Shown one piece after another: positions 39,101-53,500 of a stretch of 64,000 nt of DNA. Location of the stretch: positions 4,402,001-4,466,000 of the forward strand of contig JAQFVV010000011.1 in NCBI GenBank assembly GCA_028023455.1. The letters run 5' to 3'. Made by a program: the position numbers and the translations under genes. The number at the start of each line of letters is the position of its first letter. The first letter of the stretch is position 1. The notes below the pieces were generated by a model. That model did not search any database, had not been told where the DNA came from, and saw nothing but the letters and a program-made list of their open reading frames with translations. This DNA comes from Epiperipatus broadwayi. Taxonomy: Eukaryota; Animalia; Onychophora.

Positions 39101-41867
39101 AATACTCTGAAAATTAACATGTTTTTAATCATAACAACTGATTAAATCTCAACTTATTTTATATGCATGTAAATATTTAACTTTAAAATCAATTTTACAA
39201 AAAGAAAATAATAAAAAAAAAAGATCAGTTTTAGTTATCCATTTAATCTTATATCTTCTCGTCATTTCACACTTCACTAATTATTTAAGGCGGTTTTGTT
39301 TTGTCCATTCTGCAGTGGGATGAAATAACTTGAAAAACAGTTTAACCTTTTCACTTTCAAGTAGCCATATTGAATATTTAAAAAAATTATGCTAAACCAC
39401 AAATTTTATCATAACTTTTAAAATTTTATTAATAAAAAATGACTAATAAATATTTTTTTAAAGATTAAACACCAAAGAATGTAATTAATCTGAAAAAAAT
39501 GTAGTCATTGATATTCAAAGTAATAAAAAAAGAATAAAAGTTAATATTTCTAATAATTATTTTCATATTATTTCATAAATCCTAAATTATTATGCATACA
39601 ACTTAAAATTATATTAGGTTAGTTGGATTCATCATAAAATTTCTAAAAAAATTAGTATATTATAACACTTATCTAAGGTAATCCATCACTTGAAAACTTC
39701 ATAGAATAAAGACATTAGTACCTTTCAATTTTTTCAGTAGCCTTGCAAAATATACTTCCATACAGAGGTTTGCATCATATCAAAAAATGCAGATAATTCA
39801 CGATATAAATGTACACAATCACGAGCTTTTTTTTTTTTTTTTTTGTTCAGTTTCAATTGTAATTTTTTCCTATATTTTTTATCAAATATATATATGAATA
39901 AAATAATAATTAAAAAATATGCAGCTTTGAAATTTATATTGCAATAGTCTATAATCGGCCTAAGTTTATGTACTGTCAAAATCATTACTTTTAGCATTTG
40001 CTTATTTTTACTATTATTAAAATGCAGACAAAAAAATTATAGAAAAATCTAAATCAGGTCATTATATTTCCAAAATATATTTATTTTTGTCTCATATCAA
40101 TTAATTCAAATACTCCATCCAGCTAACAAATGCCGATAATTACAATCTTTTTTTTTTATGTTAGTTTCAATAGTAATTTTTGGGGTTTTTTTTTTCAATC
40201 AAATATATATAAAAAAAAACAATAATTAAAAAATATATAATAAAATAATAATTAAAAAACATATAATAAAATAGTAATTAAAAAAATACAGAAAAATAAA
40301 AATACTTATCATTAGATCCCCATAACGTTTGTTTTCAAATACAACGGAAAAAGTAAAACTTTTTACCGATATATTTTTCACACTGAATTGTTCTCTAGTA
40401 ACTATCAAAAAAATGAGAGAAAGACAAAAAAATTCAATCTACTTGATCATAAAAATTATCATAAAATTTTTATTTTTTATCATAGAAAAATAAAATTTAT
40501 CTTTCTGGAAAATAGAAAGATGAAAACAAAAGTATAAAAAGCGCATGCATAGCCTGCGTAGATTTTCGTTAATCTTAACCTCAACCTGGATGTTTATAAT
40601 TTGAAAATCATTGCTCGCATTTTGTGCAGGCATCAACAAAAAGAGATTAAATTGGTAGATGCGTGAATTCATGAGCTTTCTGTTTAAATAATTAATTCAT
40701 AGCATTTTCCTTTTTATTATTCGGGTTAAATTATGATAAATCAATTAAAATGATAAACCGATTTGACCATTTAGTTTATGATTACTTTGGATCCTGTATC
40801 TGAATAGCTATTCATTCTATTGATTGGTTTTCTACTACTCTCAAATACTTGTTTGTCAATAATTTGCATAATTTCAAATAGATGTTATAATGAAATAGAA
40901 CACGACAAAAAGAATTTGAATCCTAAGTCGTAAAATTATTTTTTCAGTCTATCATTCTAATGATGTTTCAAATCCAATAAATGTTGTTTTTATGCAAAGA
41001 AGATTGTGGAGAGAAGACAACAGCAAAGGTTTTTGCTTTCCTTTTCTCTAATGCCAATTATCAGTCCTTGTTGCTATGGTATTTTTTGTTTTTTTTATTG
41101 TTTAGCTCTGCCTTTCATGTGCTACTTATTCAATATTTTTATTATAACAATTGTTGATTTTTAAATATTAAAATAAAAATTACATATAAAAATATGCTTT
41201 ACTATTTATATAACAAAAAAAAATAAAAATACACCAACAAATAAGTAATAAATAAAAATATCACATCAGAAATAATTTTAAAAACAAAAAAAAAAAAATA
41301 CAATGTAAACATATCGCATATATGTAAATCATCATAATATTACCACTGCCATTTTCAAATCCCACAATCATAAACAAATATCAAAAAAAAAAGTAATGAA
41401 CTAAATAACAATAATCCATATCAAAGCTAAATCAAAGATTTTCTCCCTTTTTTTTTTAACAAGATACTAAAGATAGAAAGGGTGGATCTTTACAATAGAT
41501 TATAGTTATATATAGTATTAAATCAAAACAATTTATATAAATCCAGTGTAAACTATGCTTTTTAAGAACTAACTTGTTTATTGACTCCAGTTCTGCCATC
41601 TTTTGTAAAGGATTTTATAAGCAATATACCTAATATTTATTGATTTTATAAACTTACAAGGTGTTATAACTGGAGTGGAATAAATAGTTAACTGTTTGAA
41701 TTGTTAATTATTCATTCTTACAGAATTTTAAAATTCATATTGTATTTAAAAATGTAAGGCAAAGTAGTTATTTTGATGTGTATATATATATTTAAGAATT
41801 ATATAATTATTTGTTTAATTTGCTTATGGTTGTAGAATATAAAGAAGTATATGTATATTTTTTAAAG

Positions 41868-41975
41868 ATTCTAAAAGTTGCCATTATTAAAGACAGTGAT
41901 TTGGAAACCTGGAAATCTCAATTGAATCCTATCACAAGTCTCCATATTTACAGTATTCAGAAAAGTAAACTAAAG
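41868..41975 (+). CDS. POLD3: DNA polymerase delta subunit 3, exon 4
   Basis: ILKVAIIKDSDLETWKSQLNPITSLHIYSIQKSKLK vs human HKVAVVREDKLEAVKSKLAVTASIHVYSIQKAMLK; tttaaag acceptor, AAG|GTATTT donor; phase 0. Confidence 0.95.
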
Positions 41976-42173
41976 GTATTTAAAATAATTTAATATTGGT
42001 TAGTTCTGCAAATATTTTACATTTAATTTTTTTTTATTAACTGAATGATTACTTAAAATATTAGTAGCAAGGTTTATTTTCTATTAAATTTTTGTTTTTA
42101 GTGTATATAAAAACTTGAAAAATTTAAAACATTTTCCGTCTAATGAGTATTAGCTCCTTAGCTATTTAATATA

Positions 42174-42362
42174 TGTTAAGTATATGTGTATATTTATATA
42201 TGCACATAAATGAAAGTAAGAATAAATAAAAATAGTATTTATTAAAACTTATATGTGTTAAATTAAATGTATGTGGGTGTATGTTGAAGGCATGCACATT
42301 GATTATAAAGCACTATAAATTAATTTAGTAAATCCTATAGATTAGCTATACTGATGAATAAT
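42174..42362 (+). mobile_element. Partial LTR (5' part) of the Gypsy family at 43674-46411
   Basis: TGTTAAGTATATGTG...GAAAGTAAGAATAAATAAAA...GCTATACTGAT matches 43674+ and 45840+. Confidence 0.8.
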
Positions 42363-43790
42363 GCCTTCAGCATACATGCACATACATTTAATTTTACACA
42401 TATACGTTTTAATAAATACTACTTTTATTTATTCTTACTTTCATTTTCATGTATATATAAATATGCACACTTCACTTAACATAACAAGCAAAACACAAAT
42501 AATGGCCAGTCCCATCTCTTCGCCACACTGGCATCGATGTCATTCCACCCACATTATCTGCCTTCCAAGCTTTAATGGTCTTGTGTGTATTGTTTTTCCA
42601 CTGAAAACACTGGGATGAAAGTTAAGAGCACTACAAGCGAAGTTGTCACATATGCTAGATAAGTGGGTATTGGGTGAGCTGTATGAAGACTCATCGAAGA
42701 CTATGAACTTTCACGATGTTTGTTGTCTGTGCTCATACCCAGGGAGATCGGTTATTGTCTGTTGAGTAATCTCCACCATTGATAGTTATACTGTCCAGAG
42801 TGCTCTCTTTAAGGCGTTGGCGAAAAACTAATAAAATGAGAACTGGAGTAAGAAATGGAAGTGGCAAGATAATATGATTGATGAACTGAAATGGATGCTG
42901 TCAGACTTGGACGATGTGGTGATTTGCTAAATAGATTGCACCAAGGTGATATAGCCGAATGGCTGCTATGTGCATGTAGAACTAATGATTTTGAGTGTGT
43001 CATTAATCCAGTGATATAGAGGCGCAAGAAAATGTAGTCAGCATACCTGGCATCCTACAACACGTCATGCAGAAAAAGGTAATTATGTACTGCACAAGCT
43101 GCTGCCAGAGGCCAGGTATGTCGACCACATTTTCATGCGCCTCTACATTACTGGATTAACAACACTGCAAAATCAGTGGTTTCATACGCACATAGCAACC
43201 ATCCGCCTGCATCATCTTGGTGCAATCCATTTAGCAAATCATCCAAGTCCGACAGCACCCATTTTGGTTCATCAATCAAATTTTTCTCATCACTTTCATT
43301 TCTTACTCCAGCTCTCATTTTATTAGTTTTCCGCGAAGGCCACCTAAAGAAAGTACTTTGGACAATATAACTACAATGGTAGAGATTACTCAATTGACAA
43401 AAAACCGGTCTTTTTGGGTATGAGCATAGACAATAAACATCGTGAAAGTTCATTGTCTTCCATGAGTCCTCATACAGTTCACCCAATGCCCACTTATCCA
43501 GCATATGTGACAAACTGGGATGTCGCTGGTATTGGTCTCAACTTTCATCCCAGTGTTTTCAGTGGAAAAACATTACACTCAAGGACTCTTACTAAGAGCC
43601 ACTCAAGCTCGGAAGGAAGAGTGTGTGTTAACTGTGGCTAAGAGATGGAAATAGCCTTTATTTGTGTAATTCTTGTTATGTGAAGTATGTGTATATTTAA
43701 GCACATAAGAGAAAGTAAGAATAAATAAAAATATTTATTAAAATGTATACATGTGTAAAATTAAATATATGTGCTTGTATGCTGAAGGCA
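42363..43790. repeat. About 1.4 kb foldback palindrome with a 17 nt loop
   Basis: Arms symmetric about 43081 (TGCAG-AAAAAGGTAATTATGTA-CTGCA); both include about 590 bp of GC-richer sequence plus the start of the Gypsy LTR (ending 42486 on minus, starting 43674 on plus). Confidence 0.85.
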
Positions 43791-46411
43791 TACACATTAT
43801 AAAGTACTATAGATTAATTAAAAGAAGTAAATCCTGTACTAAATATTAGCTATACTGATAAATAATCAGTAATAGCTAAGGTATCTAAGTAAAGAAAGCC
43901 ACTGCAACGATGGAATGTCAGTTCCTGATCAATTTTGATGATAGTGAAAACTGATGGCTAAAAATATATAAATGGTATGTAAAGTTTAATACAACTTCGG
44001 GATTTTGTGGCCTTGTGAATTATTTCAAGAATTTCCTGGATGGCAAAGCGCACATAACTAAGCCGTTATATGATTTATTAAAAAAAAACTGCAAGTGATA
44101 AGCAGCATAAGAACAAGCTTTTCTGTGTACCACAGCTTTTCTCACATAAAATAAACTTCAGGCCCACTATCACTGTGAACTAGAAGTAAGCTAACAATGA
44201 GCGCATCAGAATTCGGCATGGGGGCAATAATTTGCCACTCACCCCACTGGTAAACGTCCGATAGCATGGTGTCGTGCTACTTTGTCCCTGGCAGAAAAAA
44301 ATAGTCATCTGGACAAGGAAGTGCACGCCATAGTGTTTGGAATTTGTAAATTTTACCAATATCTGTACGAACGCCAATTTAAAATAATAACCGATCACAA
44401 ACTGCTGTTAGTAATTCTGGATACTAAGCAAATTCCTGAACACTTAAGCCCTCGCATGTTGAGATGGCTTAACATACCTGCAGGATATGACTACAACCTC
44501 TAATAAAAAAATAAGAAAATTGCCATGCTGATGCACTTTCATAAATGCCAAACCAGTTATAGAAGGGACAAAACAATGTAAATATTAGTTAACAGCCAGA
44601 CCCTTGATAGCTTGTAATCTCATGGATTAATGAAAATGCTGGATACAAATGGATTACAGAAAAAATCAGTAAAAGTTTGCTAAAACAATGGCCATCTTTC
44701 CTGCACATAGAGCTGTGGAAAGATCAGGAACAATTGTCCTTCTGTAAAGGATACATACTTAAGGCAATCTAGTATTTATCCCAGTAAACAGCAGATCTCA
44801 AATACTTAATTTATTACATGAAGGTCATCCAGGCATTGTCAGGGCAAAAGCTCTAGCCCTTAGTTAGGTCTGGTGGCCGAAAATTAATAATGACATCGAA
44901 ATGCTTATAAAAAATTGTACAAGCTACCAGTCACGTGTGTAAATGCACATCCAACCAAATTCAAATCCTGGAAAGAAGCTACGGCAAAGAATACACATTG
45001 ATCAATCCAGGTACAATTGTTTCTGGTAGCTGTTGATGCATGTTCAGGATAGTTCGAATATAAACCAGCCAAAAATACGAGTTCAGATGAAACAATCGAC
45101 AAACTGATGGAGATTTTTTCATACCACAGCTTTCTGGAAACTAGTATCTGACAGTGTTACAGGGTTTGCGTCAGAAAAATTTGAGAACGTTATGCGTGAA
45201 TGGGGAATAAAGAACATTCACTCCACCATACCACCCCCAATCAAATGGACTGGCTAAGAAAGCAAAATGGGGAAACAAAGTCTGCATGAAGCAGTTTTCA
45301 CTACGTTTTTGTATCAATATTCTATATCTACAGCCTAAGTCGGGCAAAACACTTGCAGAGAAATATTTAGGTCATAGATTATGGACCAAGCTAGCTAAAA
45401 TTATTCTATCTGAAGATTATGAAGCACCTATAGTCGCAAACTACAAATTTGTATCGAGAGAATGTGTATTGTTCAGAAATAATCTTTAACAGATTTTGGA
45501 CAAAGGCTGAAATTGTACACCATTTAAGCAATCAAGTGGTGACCGTCAGAACGGTGGACGGAAGAGAATTACGTAAACGCATCAACCAGTTGCGGAAGGA
45601 TTAAAGTATAGAGAAAATACCGCAACTATTTTTGAAAAGTGACAACAATAATGCAGTCATAAATGATAATATGAAAATAGAAATGGAAATTACTCCTCCT
45701 GTAGACGATTTACATAGTACACAGGAACAAGTAAATATTGAAACAAAATCCTTTCAATGTGCTCAAAAAAATCCCCCTCCCCCATTTATCTTTGTGGAAA
45801 AAAGTAACATGCTTGAATCTCTGAACTTGGGAGCGGGAGTGTTAAGTATGTGTGTATATTTATATACACATGTAAATGAAAGTAAGAATAAATAAAAGTA
45901 GTATTTATTAATATGTATATGTGTAACATTAAATCTATGTGCATGTATGCTGCATAGACATTAATTATAAAGTACTACAGATTAATTAAATAGTATTAAT
46001 TTAAAAATGTAAATCCTATACTAAAGATTAGCTATACTGATAAATAATCATCCAAGCTAAGTGAAGAAAGCTACTGCAACGATGGAATATCAGTTCGGGA
46101 TCAGTTTTAATGATAGTGAAAACATGTCTAAAACTATACAAATGGAATGTAAATTGCTTTATCTGATTCCAAAAATTGGACTAGGGAACTCGATATGGAA
46201 CACCATATAGGCAGCTGATGGCTAATTAAAAGGGATATTGGACTACACCCGGGAGTGCGGGTAGAAGAACGAATGTTGGGTACTCTCTAGCTGAATCTCC
46301 AGTTATGCAGATGTGCCCTCCAACAGATGTTCAGTCAGCCCCTCGCTATTTTACTTATAGCCTCACAAAGTTTACCTCCGAATGTTCCACAGTAAACTGG
46401 GTCTCATAACA
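43674..46411 (+). mobile_element. Internally deleted Ty3/Gypsy retrotransposon
   Basis: Partial 5' LTR 43674-43983; decayed RT-RNaseH (CGLVNYF, KEVHAIVFGICKFYQYLYERQFKIITDHK) and integrase (LHEGHPGI, WWPKINNDIE); PPT GGGAGCGGGAG then 3' LTR TGTTAAG...CATAACA 45840-46411; no matching TSD seen. Confidence 0.85.
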
Positions 46412-46787
46412 GGTCATATAGATAAAGCGTGTAACTTAGAATGGTTATCAAAATTACTAATTGTTTTTAATCGTATTATTTAGAGTATTTCCTTTATTGT
46501 TTGTTTATGCAGTTCAAAGGGCAACAGTTTACCTCTGGACACAGCAATATGTAATATTTAAATTAAAAATAAACTTATTTCAAAAAAACATATATTATTA
46601 AAAAGTTTTTTTTTGTTTTTAAATAATGGATCGATCTTTACCCCCCTTCTCCCTAAAAAAAGAGGCTAATAGAATTATTAAGTTTTCATTCTGGGAAAAA
46701 TTATGTAAAGCTGACTATATGTAAAAATAGATTTAGGAATGTATATACAGTTTGCATTTAATTCAAGATTTTCATGGGCTACAGATA

Positions 46788-46900
46788 CAAATGAAATATT
46801 ATCTGGTACATCCCCGTAAAATTTATTGAAAATGTATATAAATCAAATGAAATATTATCTGGTACATCCCCGTATAATTTATTGAAAATGTATATAAATC
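46788..46900. repeat. 56 bp tandem duplication
   Basis: CAAATGAAATATTATCTGGTACATCCCCGTA(A/T)AATTTATTGAAAATGTATATAAAT twice, one mismatch. Confidence 0.95.
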
Positions 46901-47175
46901 AATGTTTCAACCAGTTCACACTAGACATCAACTGGATAATAAATATAAAATAATTGTAGAGACTGTTAACACTGATGTATAGCAATAATGAACATTCTAT
47001 TAATAGAAAATCAAAATAATAATTATAAGAAATTATTTAGACTAATAAGTCTTAAAAAAAAAATTTCAATTAGAAGGTAATTTGTATGTATCATGTTTGT
47101 TAATACAATCTGACTTTAAAGATCTCAATGGTTTCTCTGATCTGACATTGTTGGAGAGTGCATGGAGAAATATTA

Positions 47176-47276
47176 CTGATGATGATGAGTGTTTTTAACT
47201 GCATTATGTTATATGTTCATATCATGTTAGAAAAGATGAGCATATTAATGCTGTTAAAAAAACCACTCGTCATCAG
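47176..47276. repeat. About 100 bp imperfect hairpin (MITE-like)
   Basis: CTGATGATGATGAGTG..TTAACTGCATTA..ATATGTTCAT vs ATGAGCATAT..TAATGCTGTTAA..CACTCGTCATCAG. Confidence 0.7.
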
Positions 47277-49169
47277 CACTGTCTATGTTATAGATACAGG
47301 TCATAGTATTGATTTTCTTTTATAAATATGGATGTATTAACCAATCTCTGATTTGCTAAAGATGCTAAATGGTTATTTCTACTTAGCTATTTTCATCCCA
47401 GACCTGAGATGCTATTTTTAAAATAAGCATTAATTATATTTAGATAGATTTTAAACTATTAATGATTTAAACCATGTGTTAATTTAATACTTCATAGTGA
47501 GAGTGAGGTTTCTATTTATCTTGCATATAAATTTTTATGAATATAATAAATATAAAATTATTATATAATAAATATACTGGTTTATTTATCTGTAAACTGT
47601 ATATTATGTTTTTGTTTTTTGATTGTAAATGAAACAATCTTTAATATGATCTTTCTAAAATGAAATGATATTATTCACAAATTATTTGCTGTTTTGAGAT
47701 TAACATTCTCAAAGATGATGACTAATCACAAAAGTTTGGAATTATAAAAACATACTAGAGTAAGTAAGTAGTCATTGGAAATTGTTGCTTATTGGAAGAT
47801 AACAGGCATTAGAAATTATTGTAGCCAAAAACAAAATATTTTCATTTAACAACAAATACTCCTACTCCTCAGGTGATTATTTATCTGAAAGGTCCAGTTA
47901 TTTCATGAGCACTGGTGATATAAGGACAATGGATGGTGGAATCATGTTATCAGATAGTAAGAATTATGGCTTAGACTTTCCCAACCATTAGAAGAATATA
48001 TGTCTAATAATTACCAAAAGAAATCTGTCAACAACGTGTTTTCTGCTGATTATGAAACATGTTAGAATTGGTATTATATAGTGGCCATATATTTTTATTC
48101 TTTATAAACATATTATAATTAAAGGTTTTGAATATTGAGACAATATTAGTTTTTAGACAACCTTTTATTTTCTAAGATGATTATGCTTCAATTCATACAG
48201 GCTAATAATCTTATAGAAGTTTATAAGAATATTACAATTTTTGAATGACTGATACTTTTAAATCATGAAGAATGGTTTAATATTTTGCTCTAGTCTTCAA
48301 ATATTATTTAACACCATCCCACCTAGAAGGCAAGCATTTTTTAATACAAATGATAGCATTACTTAGATTAATAAAGGTATTTTTATCTCCTATTAGATAA
48401 AAGAGCCTTTGATTAGCCCACTATACGGCAAAAGTCTTTTCAGCATATTTATCAAGAAACAATGACTGAAAAGATAATATCCACCTAATCATATGCAAAG
48501 TGGTAAAAAGTCTATGGTTTTTCTTTTCTTGCTTTATCTTCCTAAAAATATATAGTTATCTATTTCCCAACTACAATTGGATGGTAATTGTGTTGCTATG
48601 GGGTATTATTTTTCAAATTTGAAAAAACATCCAAATTTCATCTGAATTCGAACCTGGCATAAGAGGCAGTGCTACAGTAATACATCACAAAATTTTTATA
48701 TTTATACATTGCCTATGTGTACATATATATTGTACCCTTATCACTGCACACCTCAATCTCATCTCTCGGCATTCGTACACTACCAGCTCTTAATCAACTC
48801 ATCTAGATAATACATATATGTCTATTTAAAACTTCAAGGACAATTAACTAGAAACAATAGTATATCTAATAACTTAATTAATTAATAATTTAATATAAAT
48901 CTAATATCTAATGTTAAATAAGTCATTAATCAATTTAAGTACTAAGTAATTAAAGATTATAATTAAATACCTATTCATTTACAATTATATTAATTTAAAT
49001 AGTAGCTCAATCTATTAACAAATTGTTTGTTTAATTATATAAACAAAATGAGCCTCTTAATAACACATCTAATGTACCGGATGGTTCCGCCGAATGAAGT
49101 ATACTTACACGTATAGATGTTTTGCTGGTTTCATACTTCTTCATAATACATTTATAATCTTATAAATGT

Positions 49170-50500
49170 TACGTGAACGAACCGGCACATTCAAGCAAAA
49201 TGGGAGATATTATTGATAGCTTTAACTATCAACAATGGCCCACCTCGGCTGCTAGGTTCAAACCCCTACTATCCAAACACTTTATTTGTTTCGGAGTAAA
49301 CTCCGGGGCGCCAGCTATCTATTCAGAAGAATAAACAACGTATTTGGTCAGTAACCTCATAATCCAGTGCTCGAAACGATCCCAAAACTAGCTCAGTCTA
49401 ATTTTAATCGATAATAAAATATAGAAAAAGAATTGACCAACAAATAAAGTTTAATTTTAAAGACAATTTATTAACTAACATTTACTAATTTTCAACATTT
49501 TTTTATAAATCTAAATAACACACACATTTTAAATTAACATACTATAATATATTTTATGAGAAGGCATCCATAATCTTTGACATTTAAATTGTCCAACATT
49601 CACAAACACGCACATCAATAGTTCACTTTATGCAGGCTTATAAAGTTCAAATTACTTGTCTCTGTAGGATTTACGAATTACAGCGGTGGCTACTACATAT
49701 AACTGAGAATAATAAAATGTTTTACCTAGGATTTTTGAACGTAAATTTAGAACTTTGTTTCCTTCTTGTTTATTGCTTCTTCCAGCCGGCTGGGACATTT
49801 CCTTGATGAGTTTGGTTATTCTTCATGATTACTATTTCTGGAGACAGTTGAATATTGACGGAGGATTTCTGAGCTGATAAGTAGACATTATTTCACGGGC
49901 AGGTCTTGCTGATCTTATTGGACTAAGGGCTGAAATAAGAGCGTATATTTCCTAAAGCTGCTCAACAATGCATTTCTGTTTAAACAAGACTGACACTGAA
50001 AACTAGGCTGAAACTGCAAACTCAAAACTGGACGTCCGATAAAAATCTAGCTATTTATATATGCGAATTGTTTTCGTTTTAATATCCTCTGGCAGTAATT
50101 AATCCTATAACCACGCGTTTTTTGATTGATTGTTTAATTAGTAGTAGCTATTTCAAAACGTTGTTTTCATATCTTTAATTAGTAGCTCACCGCTGTGTTT
50201 TTAAATACATTTCATTTCAATATTTATTTTCATGTTTTTTTCAATATCATTTTAACACGCATTTATTATGTCTCTTATTAACAAGCTTACATTTATTTAC
50301 ATTCGCACGCACATATATATTTTACTATTCTAAAATCAAAAATAATTTTAAGATTATTTTTCTTCTTTAATTTAAATGAAGAGATTTATATATTTTTTTA
50401 AACCTTTTAAATTGTATTTCATCTAATAATAATAAACTCTTTACTTCCTTTTTCTAAAACCTTTAGTTTAACTTTTCTAACCAAGACTCCCCCCCCCCTC
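49170..50500 (-). repeat. Family X copy C
   Basis: CCTCGGCTGCTAGGTTCAAACCC, CGGAGT/ACTCCG hairpin, GGCGCC; upstream TATA/Inr-like promoter (about 50060-49990), splice-donor-like AG|GTAAAA and poly-G tract as in copy A. Confidence 0.65.
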
Positions 50501-53500
50501 TTTTAATGAATCAATTTTAACTTTTATTTCATGACTAATGATAGAAAACTATTTGACTCTTCTCTTTTCGAAAACAACTGTAATACACTCTTCAACATTT
50601 AATTACATTTTTCTTTTACGAAAGATTATTTTAATAAATTTTTTTATATAAATTGTTATGTGCCAATTTCAATATTGGTACACTAATAAGATATACAGAT
50701 AGTTTAACATTAAGAACATACCCCGAAAGATACTTTCCCAGTGACATAAGAATATCACCCCTATGTACTTTCATACACTATTTGCCTGACTCACCTATTA
50801 CAAAATAAACTATAATTAACAATTACTAAATTACATTAAACACCAAAATACATTATACTCTTCTATTTAATACAACAATACTTCAGTAAATAAAATTCAT
50901 AACATACTCTAATCCTAATCTAAATCTCAGTCTTAATTATTATCTCAGATTTGTACTATTATTTTGACAATTGCACATTAAATAATATAGTGAGAGATTT
51001 TACATATACCTAGCTATACCATAATAATAATAATAATAATTAATAAAATAAAATACTCCAGAACTCTTATTTTAAAAATCATTACTTAATTTGCTCACCA
51101 ATAACAAAAAATTAAAATTATAGACTATTGCAAAAATAATATTCATTATATTAAAGAAATTCGAAAATATTTTCATTTTATTATGGATTACAGTTATTAT
51201 TCTTTATGTGAAATATTAAGAAATCTAAAGTTTGATTATAATTATCATATCAGATTATTCAGAAAAGTTGCATTAAATCCCCATATTTAATAAATAACAT
51301 CTTCAACATTTATAATCTAATAATAATACTGTATTCTTTATAATCATGTGCAATAATATGAATAGATAGATAATTAATTTTTATAATACATGTGTGTGGT
51401 TAGGAAGATCAGTAATGATTTGGACACAACAAGAAAGAAACTCAAGATGTAATATTAGTTTAAAACAACCATTGACAATCTATAATAACATCTAAGATTT
51501 TAAAATTTACAAAAATATAACATTTACATAACTTTAATTATTCAAAATCCAAATAATTATATTCACAAAATATATATATATTTACACATAAAATAATAAT
51601 AAATAGTTTTCACTTCAAGTATTTTATCATAAAGTAATATTATGAAACTAAAATAAACTTCCATGGTAAGACCTTTTCTAAAATTACACCATTAATAAGC
51701 ATTATCATTATTATTATTCTAAAACATATTCATAAATAATTATAGCTTCAATAATAAAAAAAATGCCTAGATTATGAAATATTTTTATAAATATTTCCCT
51801 GAAATATTCACCTTCATTATCTACATAGTTTTATTAATACCATTATGTGCTAATAAATAAATAAAAACATTCATTAATAGTAATAAATTCTTCATTCCAT
51901 AATCTATTGTAATATATTTCACAATAACTAACTTCTAGGCTTATGTTTATTTTATCTATCAAAACGACATGGTAATTTGAATATTCTAAAATCAATTAAA
52001 TATGTGGTATTTACTTATTCCATCTTTCTTGATGTTAATAACATTCAGGTTTTACTTTCATTCAAACTTTCTTTATTATTAGAAATATGCATTTAATACT
52101 CTCTTGATTTCTTATAATGTTAGGAATATCAAATCATTCCATAAAACTTTATTTCATATTAATTAGACATCATTTGTGATATATTTTATTCTTCTTGCTT
52201 TTCAACAAATGCTAACTTCATTTTATAGTCTAGCCATAATTCTTCAAACATTTTATTAACAATGCAGGATCCAGTGATGATAAGTGATTTAAAGTGAGTT
52301 TCTATCATGACTTCTCCTTGAGTACTTACTGATTTGCGGAAACAAACGCTACTGATCATGAATTGAAAATATACAGCATTGCGAATAAATTTTATCTTAA
52401 CATAAAATAATTTCTAAATTTCATTTTTAATATATACAATAATATCAAGAAGATTTAATATTGTATCAACAAATGATTTCAAATATTTCACATTAAACAT
52501 ACTTTTATTCAAATTCTTTACAAAAAATAATTCAGAGATCAAATCAGACAAGTTGTACCTAAACAGATACAATTTAGGATATTAATAATTATATATGGCG
52601 TTTATAAAATCCAATATATAATTTGCATACTTCTACTTTCATATAATATCTAAATAAATTTAGATATATAACACTATATCTATACCTTCACATGATGCTC
52701 AAAAATCAATTATTATATCATATGTAAATAAAATCAGCATACAATTAGTAATATCATACATAAATAATATCAGCATACTCACTCAGTTCACTTTATTTAT
52801 CACTTTCATAAATTAATAAATACCCATATAAAATTTCACTACATATCAATAACATTTAACCTTAATCCTTCCTAAGGATTAATAATGTGAAGCCATCCTT
52901 TCTAGTTGATGTCTTTTCATTTAAAAATTATGGACTTATTACTATTGCAGAAAAATATAAATTTTTCTGTCACCTTTTTATTTTTATTTTATAATATCAA
53001 ATATTCAAATAAACGTTATATGTCATATAAGTATTAAATATACTAAAAAAAAAAATCAGTTGTTATGACTACATTCATTACACTAAGAGATTTTTTCTTC
53101 AAATTTTTATTTAAAAATATTAAATAATTTTAGCTTTATCAATAAATAATTCTTTTATTTTCCAATTATTCTTCCACATACACGCATCCAATTAATAATA
53201 ACTTACAAGATTGTCACTATTTTAAGCATTTAGACAATATACTCCTTTGGATTAATAAGCATTTAAAATGATATTTATAATCGATTTCTTATTTATAACA
53301 TACTTTAGAATTTAAAATTTATAGAGTTCTTACAATAGTTCATATTTGTTTTATACTAAACTTGCACAGAACTTGAAGTATATTTTATAACCATTCACTT
53401 CTATTTGAAGGTTTGTAGATACATCATAGAAAAACATTTGCAAATATATAGTAAGTTCATTTGCACAAAATTATTAGCATGCATTCATCCTTTTTTCCTT

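Noticed and set aside
40677-40710. Possible third A3-U8 hammerhead on minus (TGCTATGAAT..GAAAGCTC)
   Set aside because: No stem II and no stem I pairing
43055-43110. Ribozyme at the apex of the 1.4 kb palindrome
   Set aside because: Arms continue imperfectly to a simple 17 nt loop; no CUGANGA/GAAA boxes
43148-43513. 121 aa ORF in the palindrome arm
   Set aside because: Interrupted by stops in the mirror arm; no recognisable domain
45104-45146. CTGATGG...GAAACTAGTA hammerhead-like words
   Set aside because: Explained by Gypsy integrase coding sequence (PETLVSD-like); no stems
47990-48063. VFSADYETC as POLD3 exon 5
   Set aside because: Flanked by in-frame stops and lacks suitable splice sites
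49240-49270. GGTTCAAACCC as a tRNA gene B-box
   Set aside because: No A-box or cloverleaf; part of the family X module
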